This document shows, piece by piece, positions 38,918-48,541 of a stretch of 64,000 nucleotides of DNA (its first letter is position 1; every line of letters begins with the position of its first letter). The notes beneath the pieces were generated by a model. That model was not told the origin of the DNA. It ran no database searches and saw only the letters and a list, made by a program, of their open reading frames with translations. The position numbers and the translations under genes are program-made. Origin of the DNA: an uncultured Bryobacterales bacterium (GTDB lineage Bacteria > Acidobacteriota > Terriglobia > Bryobacterales > UBA6623); the NCBI GenBank assembly GCA_951813605.1, contig OX638379.1:2578062-2642061 (forward strand). The letters are read 5' to 3'.

Positions 38918-39474
38918 TTATTTGGCGCGCTTGGACTTCCTCGACACCGAGCGGGCCTGACGCGCCAGCAGTCGTGAGGCAGTTGCCGGATGAACCTTGA
39001 ACAACCTCGCGGCGTCCGCGACCCTCTGGCCGCCTTTGGAAACCATCTTGAGAAGCTCGCCTTGCTGCTGTAGTGAGGGCTTGGGGCGTCGACCGCCGAC
39101 TCGGCCTTCCTTTCGGGCAGCATCGCGCGCTCGAACTCGGCAAAGGCTCCGACCATCTGCATCATCATGCGGCCCGCCGTTGTGGTCGTATCGATCGCTT
39201 CGGTCAGACTACGGAACCCCGCTCCGGCTTCCTTGAGCTGCTCCATGAACATGAGGACGTCGCGGAAGGACCGCGACGGCCGATCCAGCTTCCAGACCAC
39301 ACCCCCGTCAGCCTCGCGCAACTTGTCGAGGAGCCGCTGCAGTTGGGGCCGGTCCCAACGCCCACCAGAGGCTTTCTCCCGGAAGATGCGCTCGCAGCCG
39401 GCCACCTTCAGCGCCGCCGCTTGGGCGGCGGTGTCCCGGTCATCGGTCGAGACTCTGGCGTAGCCGATCAACAT
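38918..39474 (-). pseudogene. Serine recombinase (resolvase/DNA invertase family) with a frameshift between catalytic and HTH domains
   Basis: The catalytic domain is MLIGYARVSTDDRDTAAQ...VVWKLDRPSRSFRDVLMFMEQL...FRSLTEAIDTTTTAGRMMMQMVGAFAEFERAML. The HTH part (GRVGGRRPKPSLQQQGELLKMVSKGGQRVADAARLFKVHPATASRLLARQ) continues in the +1 frame from about 39115, at a C-run on the coding strand. Confidence 0.7.
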
Positions 39475-39833
39475 TGCCAAGGGCATCGCTATTCGATCTA
39501 GTAGCGCAATGCCTTCTTGCAATCGGGAAGTGCTTGAGGACGCTGCAGGCGTCGGCTCGTTGAAAACCGGTCGTTTGTGCAATTCGTCCGCAGAGAGGTC
39601 CACCACGCGGATCAAGATCCTCAAGCAAATCGGATTCCACAACAGGTACTGTGCGGAACGACTGTAAGGTTTTCTTCTTCAGAGACTCAGATATCGTTCG
39701 ACGAGAAAGCTGGCCCCGTGCCAGTGTTCCTTATGGACGGCGCTCTCTTAGGTCCTGAGGCAGCACGAGAATCGGCCGCGCACTCGCCACAGCCGCAGCG
39801 GCCCAGAGCGAAGAAGCCGCCGTTTTGTTGGAC

Positions 39834-40739
39834 TCAGAGTTCCCTCACGCGGATCCGCCGCCAGCGACAGACTCTGCCCGGGAGCCAGCGCTCCTCTCCC
39901 AGGCGATCGCCTTGTCCGCTGTTGTGGACTTCCAGCGCGATGTGACCGGCGCGGCCGAGGAGCGTCGCCACGGCCTCGGCATCGTAGCCCTCCGCTATCA
40001 TGTTCGCCGTGTCGAGGGAAGCCATCTTCTCGCCGTTGATCCACGTCGCGAGCGTCGGCAAGCACCCTTCGCATCGGACGCGGATTTCGTTCCACTCACC
40101 GAAACGCCAGGTCTCGAGGAACGCTTCGGACCCAGCCGACCAAGTCGCCTCGCTCTTGCCCGGATCGGGTTGAGGACTCAGGTCTCGGTAGGCGACCGGC
40201 GTCATGCCAACGACTTGACCCCTCGAGTCCTTTTTCGCCTTGAACCCGAACTGGCGGGTGTTGAAACCGCCGATGCCGTTGCCGAAGAAGGAGCCGATGT
40301 TGCCGTCCTGGCGGTGATCCAAGAGGACTTGAAAGCCTTGGCTTCCGATGCCCGTCGCGCGAATCATGATTCCGGTGTCGACCCCCCAATCGGGATTCGC
40401 CTCGAGGCTGAGCTCGAAATCGGCGAACTTCTCATAGGTGATCAAGTAGCCCCCGACGCCGGACCCTCGCGGCTCTTGGCCGCCCGTGATGGCTCCACCG
40501 ACGACTTTCCAGTCGCCTTTGCTCCGAAGGGCCTTCCGGTAGCGCGGGGAGTCCTTTGCCGGAGACGGCCCACCCGGATTCCTAGCCACGGGCAAACGAT
40601 GAATCGCGCGCCAGCCGTCAAGAGTCTTGCCGTCAAACAAGGGCCGCCAAGTGGTCTCGGCGGAAGCGGGCCCAAGGGGCAAGGCGCAGGCGGAGCTGGC
40701 GAGAAAGCCCCTTCGGGTCAGGGTGATGTTCTGCTTCAT
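39834..40739 (-). CDS. DUF1080 (3-keto-disaccharide hydrolase-like, jelly-roll) protein with Tat signal
   Basis: The N-terminus TRRGFLASSA is followed by WRPLFDGKTLDGWRAI, YEKFADFELSLE, WNEIRVRCEG...WINGEKM, GHIALEVH and RRIRVREL. This is the typical DUF1080 layout. Confidence 0.8.
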   Translation of the reverse strand: MKQNITLTRRGFLASSACALPLGPASAETTWRPLFDGKTLDGWRAIHRLPVARNPGGPSPAKDSPRYRKALRSKGDWKVVGGAITGGQEPRGSGVGGYLITYEKFADFELSLEANPDWGVDTGIMIRATGIGSQGFQVLLDHRQDGNIGSFFGNGIGGFNTRQFGFKAKKDSRGQVVGMTPVAYRDLSPQPDPGKSEATWSAGSEAFLETWRFGEWNEIRVRCEGCLPTLATWINGEKMASLDTANMIAEGYDAEAVATLLGRAGHIALEVHNSGQGDRLGEERWLPGRVCRWRRIRVREL

Positions 40740-40751
40740 GGCTATGCGGTC

Positions 40752-42147
40752 TTACGCCAGCAGCTCTTTGACGACCCGTCCGTGGACGTCGGTGAGCCGG
40801 AAGTTTCGTCCTTGGTGCTTGAACGTCAGCTTCGTGTGGTCAACTCCAAGCAAATGGAGAGCGGTCGCGTGGAGATCATGAATATGCACGGGATTCTCCG
40901 CTGGCTCGAACCCGAAGTCGTCGGTCGCTCCGTAAGTCAGCCCCGGCCGGATGCCGCCGCCGGCCAGGATCAGCGAGAACCCGTCCTTATGGTGATCGCG
41001 GCCGGGGTCTTGCGTGAACCCCTGCGGGGAAATCGCCTGGACCATCGGCGTGCGGCCGAACTCCCCTGTCCAGATGACCAGGGTGTCGTCGAGCAAGCCG
41101 CGTTGCTTCAAGTCATCGATTAGAGCGCTAGTCGGGCGGTCCATGTTGCGGCAAGAGCGCGGCAGTCCGCCTGGCCGGTAGATGCCGCTGTGGTGGTCCC
41201 ACCCGGCCATCATGATCTGCACGAATCGCACGCCTCGCTCGACCATCCTCCGCGCGAGCAGGCACAGGTTGGCGTAGCTGGCGCCGCCCGGCTTCGCCCC
41301 ATAAGCCTCGAGCACGTGCTGCGGCTCGTTCTCGATTTGCATCAGCTCTGGGCCTGAGGCCTGCAGCTGGAACGCCATCTCGTACTGTGCGATCCGGGTG
41401 GCGATCTCGGGGTCCTCATAGCGCTCGTGAGCCAGTCGGTTGAGAGCGGACACCCCGTCGATCACTTGTCTTTGGCGGTCTCGATCAACTCCGCCCGGGT
41501 CGGCAAGGTAGTGGACCGGTTTCCGCCCCGGAGCGGAACTTGACGCCCTGGTGGACGCTGGGCAGGAAGCCGTTTCCCCAGGCGCGGTTGCCGGCCGTAT
41601 TGGGTCCGGTCGCCATCACGACGAAGGTCGGCAGGCTATCACTGAGCGAGCCCAGGCCGTAAGAGACCCACGAGCCGAACGTCGGCCTTCCTAGGCGCCC
41701 GAAGCCTGTATGGAGGAAGAGCTCGCCGGCGCCATGGTTGAACTCGTCGGTCTGCATCGAGCGGACGACGGTCAAATCATCCGCGCGTTCTGCCAGGTGA
41801 GGCGTGAGCTCGGAGAACCAAGCGCCGGACTCACCGTACTGCGCGAACTTGTACGGCGAGGCTAGAGCCCCCGCGCCCTTGGGCACAAAGGCGAACTGCT
41901 TGCCCTGCAAGATGCTGTCGGGCATGGGCTCGCCCTCGAATCTCGCAAGAGTCGGCTTAGGGTCGAGCAAATCGACCTGCGACGGACCGCCGAGCATGTG
42001 CAGGAAGATGATGTGCTTTGCCCTAGGGGCGAAGTGCGGCGCAACAGCTTCGCTGTCGTCCGCCGTGAGCAGCGACTGCAGGGCAATCGAGCCGAGGCCG
42101 GCGGCGCCGGCTCGCAAGAATGCTCGACGTTGAAGTTCCATCGCCAT
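40752..42147 (-). pseudogene. DUF1501 (sulfatase-fold) protein, split by a single frameshift (possible assembly indel)
   Basis: ORFs 41485..42147 (Tat signal MAMELQRRAFLRAGAAGLG, ...FLPSVHQGVKFRSGAE) and 40752..41465 are collinear. Shifting frame at the A-run (plus-strand TTT 41520..41522) restores ...FRSGAEKPVHYLADPGGVDRDRQRQVIDGVSALNRL... The start overlaps the stop of the upstream DUF1553 gene, which is the usual pairing. Confidence 0.7.
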
Positions 42148-44594
42148 CAGCTTTTTGTAATGGTCTCGTCCAGGTTCAGTAGGACTCTTGCTAGCGAAAC
42201 CCAGGCTTCGGACTCATTCTCCGACGTTCCACGGAACTCGTTGAGTAGACGAGCGAGCTCCTGAAGCTCGACCGCGCTGGGCGCCCGGGTCACCGTACGC
42301 CGGAAGGCGTAGACGAGTCGATCCCTGTCAGACGCCGCCGGCGAGTCGATGACGAGCTTCGCCAGAGCGTCGGCGGCCTCGACGTAGGCCGGGTCGTTCA
42401 GCAGCGTCAGGGCCTGGAGCGGCGAGTTGGTGCGGGCTCGCATCGCGGTGCAAGCTTCGCGAGGAGAAGCGTCGAATGTCGTGAAGCTGGGGTAAGGCGC
42501 TCCCCGACGAAGGATCGTATAAATGCCGCGACGGCGCCGGTCCGCCCCCTTCGACGTTGGGTAATTCCGATCCGCTACGCCGCTGATTTCCCCCCATAGT
42601 CCTTCCGGCTGTGGCGGATGGACGGGGGGGCCGCCCATCTTGAGCGACAACAAGCCGCTTGCCGCCAGGGCCGAATCCCGGATCGCTTCAGCCAGTAGAC
42701 GGAAACGCGGTCCCAACGCTAGAAGCGTGTTGTCCGGGTCTCGCTCCAGCAGCTCGGCTGATCCGCGCGAGCTCTGTCGATAGCTCGCCGAAGTCACGAT
42801 CAAGCGAACGATGTTCTTGATCGACCAGCCTCCCTCGACGAACTCCACCGCAAGCCAATCCAGCAACTCCGGATGAGTCGGAGCGTCGCCCTGCCGGCCG
42901 AAGTCCTCGGCCGAAGCGACGATCCCGCGACCAAACACCTCCGCCCAAAGGCGATTGACGGTCACCCGCGCCGTCAGCGGGTTTTCGGGCGAGGTGATCC
43001 ACTTCGCCAACCCCACACGATTAGGTGGCAGACCCGGGTCGAGCGCGTGCAGCGCCGCAGGCGTTCCGGGCTCGACCGCTTTGCCATGGGCGCCGATCTG
43101 GCCACGCTTGAGTAGATAGCTCTGGACCGGGCCTGGCTTATCGGCTATGATCAGCGTCGTCGGCGGCACCAGAGCCTTCATCCGTTTGGCAAGCTTTTCC
43201 AGCTCCTTGCTCGGCTCGACAACTTCAGGTCGCGTATCGAGGAAGGCGTCCCGAATTGCGTTGCTATCCGACTCCGTGCGCTCTTCAATCGGCTTCGCGA
43301 GGGCGCTGATGACGTTCGGGCGTAGGTCACGATTGGTCGCTTGCTGCTCCACCCACTTCGGCAGGTCCGCGAGCGCCTCGAACTCCGCCTGGTTGATCAC
43401 CATCTTGAGGTACTCGTGCTGAGCCTTCACGCCGGAGTATCGCGATCGCCGTCCTGCGGACACCGGCAGCTCGATCTGCGCGCCGACGTAGAACTTGCGC
43501 GTGTTTCCCCCGCCGCGCAACACCGTTTCGTCGACGCCACGGTCGAAGTACGCGTAGAAGCGATAGTATTCCTCGATCGTGAATGGATCGTACTTGTGCG
43601 TGTGGCATTGCGCGCAGCCAAGCGTGGCCCCGAGCCAAACCGTCGCGGTCGTGTTGACTCGGTCGACCAGCATGGCGTTGCGAACCTCGTCGATTTTCGA
43701 TCCGCCTGACCCGTTCATCGGCGTGTTGCGGTTAAAGCCCGTCGCGATCAGCTGTTCTAAGGAAGGCTCTTCGAGTAGATCCCCCGCCAATTGCTCGATC
43801 GTGAACTGATCAAACGGCATATCGTCGTTGAACGCCCGGATGACCCAGTCTCGGTAAGGCCAGACCTCGCGCAGGTCATCGTGCTGATACCCGTTGGAGT
43901 CGGCATAGCGGGCGAGGTCGAGCCAGTGCCGCGTCCAGTGCTCGCCGTATTGCGGCGACTCGAGCAGCTCTTCCACCTTTGCTAGGTAAGCCTCGTCAGT
44001 CGGACTCGCGAGAAAGTCGTCGATCTGCTCGGGCGACGGCGGAATCCCGATCAAGTCAAGATACAGTCGCCGCATCAACACAGCCGGCTCGGCTCCGCCG
44101 GAAGGCTTGAGTCCCGCTGCGTCGAGTTTGTTCAGGATGAAGCGGTCGATCGGATTGCGCGCCCATCCTGCGTCAGAAACGGGAGGCAGTCGCGGACGTT
44201 GGGGTTTCTCGTAGGCCCAGTGGCGCTCGTACTTCGCGCCCGCGGATATCCACTCTTCCAATAGCTTGATCTGCCCTTCCGCCAGACGGTCGCCTCCGAG
44301 CGGCATCCTGCGCGCCGGATCGTCCGTCTTGATCCGCGCAATCAGCTCGCTCGCCGCCGGAGCCCCTGGTGCGATCGCCCTCTTGCTGCCCCGCTCCTCA
44401 ACGGCCCCGGCGTATTCGTCGAGGCGAAGCCCGCTTACCCGGGCCTCCTCGTCCGGGCCATGGCAACGAAAACATCTCTCAGAGAGAATCGGCCGAATGT
44501 CGCGGGTGAAATCGACGTCGGCTTTGGCGCCCGGCAGGGCCAAGGGAGCTAGAAGCACTGCAAACACAGCGACCGGGAAGGACAGGCTGCCCAT
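42147..44594 (-). CDS. PSCyt1/DUF1549/DUF1553 (Planctomycete cytochrome-c-domain) protein
   Basis: A signal peptide is present (MGSLSFPVAVFAVLLAPLALPGAKA). The heme-type motif CFRCHGPDE is present, and the overall length and order are DUF1549/DUF1553-like. The gene is directly coupled to the DUF1501 gene. Confidence 0.85.
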   Translation of the reverse strand: MGSLSFPVAVFAVLLAPLALPGAKADVDFTRDIRPILSERCFRCHGPDEEARVSGLRLDEYAGAVEERGSKRAIAPGAPAASELIARIKTDDPARRMPLGGDRLAEGQIKLLEEWISAGAKYERHWAYEKPQRPRLPPVSDAGWARNPIDRFILNKLDAAGLKPSGGAEPAVLMRRLYLDLIGIPPSPEQIDDFLASPTDEAYLAKVEELLESPQYGEHWTRHWLDLARYADSNGYQHDDLREVWPYRDWVIRAFNDDMPFDQFTIEQLAGDLLEEPSLEQLIATGFNRNTPMNGSGGSKIDEVRNAMLVDRVNTTATVWLGATLGCAQCHTHKYDPFTIEEYYRFYAYFDRGVDETVLRGGGNTRKFYVGAQIELPVSAGRRSRYSGVKAQHEYLKMVINQAEFEALADLPKWVEQQATNRDLRPNVISALAKPIEERTESDSNAIRDAFLDTRPEVVEPSKELEKLAKRMKALVPPTTLIIADKPGPVQSYLLKRGQIGAHGKAVEPGTPAALHALDPGLPPNRVGLAKWITSPENPLTARVTVNRLWAEVFGRGIVASAEDFGRQGDAPTHPELLDWLAVEFVEGGWSIKNIVRLIVTSASYRQSSRGSAELLERDPDNTLLALGPRFRLLAEAIRDSALAASGLLSLKMGGPPVHPPQPEGLWGEISGVADRNYPTSKGADRRRRGIYTILRRGAPYPSFTTFDASPREACTAMRARTNSPLQALTLLNDPAYVEAADALAKLVIDSPAASDRDRLVYAFRRTVTRAPSAVELQELARLLNEFRGTSENESEAWVSLARVLLNLDETITKS

Positions 44595-44838
44595 ACTTCG
44601 TTGTCTCCCTAGCTGAATTGCGGGCCACACGGCTAGTGAGTGTCTCGTGGGCTTTGGCTAGGGGGCGCCGTCACGGCTTTGCGAATCCGCTGATCCCATC
44701 GATACCCACATATTACAGTCTCCTCGCTGGATAAGGGGCCGGTCTTCTCGGCTCCGGAAGAAGGCGCCCGTGCCTTCGGGACCTGGGAGCGTCCTGGCAC
44801 TCAGCCCAGACCCAAGTGAATCGAACGAGTCCGGGCGA

Positions 44839-45966
44839 TCAGTAGCGTTCGTCCATCCAGCGGCTGACCTTCGCGTTCGCAGCGCTAATCAGCTCGACGT
44901 TCTCCTGATCTGGCCTTTCCAGCTCGTCGAGCAGGCCACGGCGTCGCGCCTTGTTGCGTTGGTAGGCGCCGCACAGATGAAAACCGATGCAGCCGGGGTT
45001 ATCGAAAAGCGCCGCCAATACATCCGCGTACCACTCGCCGTCGTTGGAGGTGAAACCCCTGGGGGAAGCGGGGCGCCTCAGGCCCGCCGCGTCGGCCAGC
45101 AACACGGGCTTTCTGGTTTTCTTGTGCCATTCGTCGAGATGGACCACTGGATCGCGGAAGTCCTGGAATGACAGCACGTCAACGAAGGGCAATGCCGCTT
45201 CAACGACTTCCATCGCGATGGCAGCGTTGGCTTCGTAGCGGTCCCCCAGAATCAAGTGGTGGGGGTCGTGGCGCCGAATGGCGTCGTGAGTTGTCTGGTA
45301 GTAGGCGCGGGCTAGCTCGGTGAGCTCCTTGCGGCCCGATTCGGTCTTCAGACGTTCGGGGTCGAAGATCGGGCCGCGCCATGCGTTGTCGGGGCGGTCG
45401 TGCACCCACGTCGGGCAGTCGCTATAGAAATATCCGATGAGATTGCGGTCTCCGCTCAGTTCGGCGCAGTGCGAGCGCGCGACATAGTCGACCCATTCCG
45501 CCCATTGCGACCCGCGAAAGTCGAAGTGGCGAGTGTGCTGCTCCCATTGGTGCGATTCGGTGAACGGCAGCAGGTGGCAGAACGGCATTCCGAGCGCTCG
45601 GTACTCGTCATTGGTGAACGCACGAGAATGCCTCCACTTCCTCACCGTTACTTCCTGGACCCAGCCGACCGTGTTGAATCCCCACCGCTTTAGGTTGGGG
45701 ACGACAGACTCCTCGATCCATCTCGTCGTGCTGCCGCCGTACTTGTCGCGCCAGATGTGGATGTTCTCGGGATAACGCAGGCTTGCCGGGTCGATATGGT
45801 TGAGTCCGAGCGAAAAGAAGGGCTCCCCGTCGGGTGTTATGAGCCACCAGTGGTCGTCGCGCTGGCCCAGGGTGAAGAAGCCGTCGGGTTTGGCTTGGGT
45901 TGTCTTAGCCTTGGCCGTCGCCGCCATTGCGGCATAGCTGAGGAACTGACGTCGAGTCGACCCCAT
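44839..45966 (-). CDS. Tat-exported TIM-barrel-like putative glycoside hydrolase (family not assigned)
   Basis: The N-terminus is MGSTRRQFLSYAAMAATAKA. The motif HWWLITPDGEPFFSLGLNH is shared with the downstream paralogue (RWWLVTPDGHGFLGIGVNH). Family assignment would need a profile search. Confidence 0.6.
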   Translation of the reverse strand: MGSTRRQFLSYAAMAATAKAKTTQAKPDGFFTLGQRDDHWWLITPDGEPFFSLGLNHIDPASLRYPENIHIWRDKYGGSTTRWIEESVVPNLKRWGFNTVGWVQEVTVRKWRHSRAFTNDEYRALGMPFCHLLPFTESHQWEQHTRHFDFRGSQWAEWVDYVARSHCAELSGDRNLIGYFYSDCPTWVHDRPDNAWRGPIFDPERLKTESGRKELTELARAYYQTTHDAIRRHDPHHLILGDRYEANAAIAMEVVEAALPFVDVLSFQDFRDPVVHLDEWHKKTRKPVLLADAAGLRRPASPRGFTSNDGEWYADVLAALFDNPGCIGFHLCGAYQRNKARRRGLLDELERPDQENVELISAANAKVSRWMDERY

Positions 45967-45968
45967 GG

Positions 45969-47467
45969 CTATTCGCCCGTATCCTTCTTCAGCAAAGCAA
46001 ATCGCTGTTCCATGATACGGCGGTACGCGGCTTTGGTCTCAATGTAGGAACGGTGAAGCTCGGCGATCGACGTTTCGTCGAGGGGTTCGCGAACCGAATC
46101 AAGGATCCGTTGGTTCGCGTTGCGGGCCGTTTCGACGAGGCTCCGGTTCGGCTCGCCGTCGATATTGAAAAAGCCTGGCTGACCGCGGTCGTACGCCCGC
46201 CGCCAATGGGACTGATCGTAGAGCACCGCACAGAAAGACACGCCAATGAAATCCGGGTCGCGAGCGATGCGGCCGGCAGTAGCTCGCACAGGACTCGGCG
46301 ATCCACGTGATCCGGCACGGCGCCGGGAGCGCCCGTGTTGCCCTGAAGAGCAAGTGGATACACGTTTCCGAATTCTTGATCGCTCAGCATTGCCGGCACT
46401 CCCGTCGCGTCGACACTGGGCTTGATGGGGTTTACGTCACTAAGATCTTGGGGGCCGAGGGCGTCGATGTAGGGAGCGATTCGCTTCCAGATCCCTTTCG
46501 TATAGGTCGTGTGCTTGACGTAGGACCCCAGCACCATGTGATTCGAGTCCTGCTTGCGGATCTCAGCGTGTGAGACGTTGTGGAGCCGTTCGACGATTTC
46601 GCCAAGCAGCGCCTCCGCATCAGCAAGGATGTCACTTGAACCGGCCTGCGCAGGCAGCGGTCGGCCGCCGGCCTTGACTGCCGAGATCCAACGCGGATAG
46701 GTCAGCGAGCCATTCTCGCGCAGATCTGAGAATGAGGCGAACCTCGCTCTGTAGACGGTGTTGAGCTTTGCGATGTCGCCGCGACAGCGTTGCTCGAGGA
46801 CGTCGAACAGTCGCTCGCGGCCGGGGCTTCCAGGCTCGTAGGAAAGAGTCTGGTTGATCCAGAGGTCTTCCCGCATGAACGACCCGTAGCCGTAGTAGTA
46901 GCCGAGGATCCACGGATTGTCCTGATTGGGTGCGACACGTTTGGCGACCTCCTCGCTGACATACCGCTGATATTCGGCGCTGAAGACATCGGGACGCTTT
47001 TCACCGGGCTTCAGCTCGACCTGATGCTTGATCAACGGAACATGGATCGCGTAGGGAATCTTGGCTTCGCGGTAGACCTTGTCCGCCAGGTCGGCGTCAA
47101 TGTTGCCGAAGCGAATGCGCTCAAGGCTGTAGGGTCCGGACCAGACGGAGGCGAAACCCAGTTCGCGCATCTTGCGGATGCCGTCGCGCATCCACTCATC
47201 CTGGCTGCCGCCGTAAGCGAATGTGATGGCGCCCACCGACATGCTCGTCATGGGATGATTGACGCCGATGCCAAGAAAGCCGTGCCCATCGGGCGTGACC
47301 AGCCACCAGCGATCGTTGATTCGCTCGGTGTGGAAGAAACCGGTTCGTTTGCCCTGGATATCGAGGAATCCGCCGTATCGATCGAGCTGTTGCCCGTGGG
47401 TCGTCCCAGGCAGCAGTAGGAGGATGAAGCCCAGGACCGCGGATTGTATTGGATGCAAGATTCTCAT
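45969..47467 (-). pseudogene. Paralogous secreted putative glycoside hydrolase, frameshifted near its C-terminal quarter (possible assembly indel)
   Basis: ORF 45989..47476 reads sensibly up to ...DHVDRRVLCE, then becomes Ser/Thr/Arg-rich nonsense. ORF 45969..46289 in another frame (ATAGRIARDPDFIGVSFCAVLYDQ...) aligns with DNPGCIGFHLCGAYQRN of the paralogue. The junction is around 46280..46295. The start ATG at 47467 gives the signal peptide MRILHPIQSAVLGFILLLLPGTTHGQ. Confidence 0.55.
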
Positions 47468-47588
47468 CGGGCTCAAGGGAGGGCCTTGGGGAGACGGAGG
47501 GTGTTTTCGCGCCTCGGGCTGTTCGACGACCTTAAGGTCGTCGTTCTGAGTTTAGGATACTTGGCAAAACAAATCTCGATTACCCAAA

Positions 47589-47636
47589 GGGGATTATATA
47601 CATAAGTGGCGCAGACCCAACATCTAGGGCTTGCGC
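47589..47636. repeat. IS-A copy L, outer terminal inverted repeat
   Basis: Matches the reverse complement of 49678..49725 with a single mismatch (A versus C at TIR position 27). Confidence 0.85.
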
Positions 47637-47812
47637 TTCCGGGGCATGACATAGCGGATTTTGGCTGGCTGTAGTACGGCTTTCACCAGCTCCTCGAAGG
47701 AGGCGTCCACCCGCATGTCCTGGTTCAACTCAGCGACGCTGGGCTGGTAGGAGTGATGCGGTAGTTCGATGATGCGCGGCTCCGGCTTGTCTTTCTTGGT
47801 CTGGTTCGCCAT
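47624..47812 (-). CDS. 62-aa basic-tailed protein encoded at the IS-A end (unknown function)
   Basis: MANQTKKDKPEPRIIELPHHSYQPSVAELNQDMRVDASFEELVKAVLQPAKIRYVMPRKRKP. A same-length, gap-free homologue occupies the equivalent position in IS-B (59730..59918; shared ELP..Y.PS.AEL....EE..KAVLQP...R.V). The stop codon lies inside the TIR. Confidence 0.5.
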   Translation of the reverse strand: MANQTKKDKPEPRIIELPHHSYQPSVAELNQDMRVDASFEELVKAVLQPAKIRYVMPRKRKP

Positions 47813-47835
47813 TCCCGATTTTCCCTTGCGCGCGG

Positions 47836-48541
47836 TTATCGCAAGCCCTGCTTAGTCAGCTTCGCATGGAACGCAGCTTGGCTGATCGTACCCTTCATCG
47901 AATTGCACGCTCCGCAGAGTAACTGGAGATTGTCGATATGGTCGGTCCCACCCTTGGACTTGGCCACGATGTGATCCACGGTCAGGTTGCGCAAGGCGAA
48001 GTGGTGCTTGCAGCCAGCGCAGTGGCCTTCCTGCTGTCCGTAGAGCGTGTGCCGATGCGTCTTGTAGGGCGGCAGCTTGCCGACGTCCGTCCTTCTGGGG
48101 GTCTGAGTGCGATGGTGCACCTCTGGCAACCACCCGCTTGCGAGTAATGCTCCGTCATCGGCGGCCTTCTGAAGTCTCGACAGGACCAGCTGGACCGCGA
48201 GACTGGACAGGTCGATCCCGATCCATTGGCGGTTGAGCGTCTCCGCCGCTGCCAGAGCGGTGGCACATCCGCAGAACGGGTCCAGTACGACATCACCCTC
48301 GTTCGAACTCGCCTTGATGATCCGCTCCAGCAGCGCTAGCGGCTTCTGCGTGGGATAGCCGATCCTCTCCTTCGACCGTGATGAGATCGGTCCGATATCG
48401 GCCCAGATGTCCTGCAGCGTGACGAGCGTCCAGGTGTCCTTGAACGCCGCGCCCGCCGCCTCGGAGCCGATTGCCCCGGAGCACGTCGCGGTTGTCACCG
48501 GTGAACAGCGTACGGTTCTTGACGTTGAGCGCTGCCATCAC
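47836..48541 (-). pseudogene. Relic of a beta-class N4/N6 DNA methyltransferase fused to an HNH endonuclease domain (internal deletions + frameshift)
   Basis: The N-terminal frame reads MAALNVKNRTLFTGDNRDVLRG (typical MTase start), and its ATG overlaps the transposase TGA. The second frame reads IGSEAAGAAFKDTWT|LVTLQDIWADIGPISSRSKERIGYPTQKPLALLERII...VVLDPFCGCAT (SAM motif I). The HNH part follows: HCAGCKHHF...LTVDHIVAKSKGGTDHIDNLQLLCGACNSMKG. The catalytic DPP[YF] motif and about 150 aa are missing. Confidence 0.65.

Noticed and set aside
39825-41123. 432-aa plus-strand ORF, together with similar long antisense ORFs at 57067..58242, 50573..51622, 17430..17966 and 18274..19296
   Set aside because: All are antisense or out-of-frame relative to genes with clear domain signatures, and none has a recognisable motif.
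47836-48541. Functional restriction-modification or MTase-HNH enzyme on IS-A
   Set aside because: The N-terminal 22 codons are in a different frame from the rest. The DPP[YF] catalytic motif and a large internal segment are missing. Only the SAM motif and the HNH domain survive, so it is called a relic.
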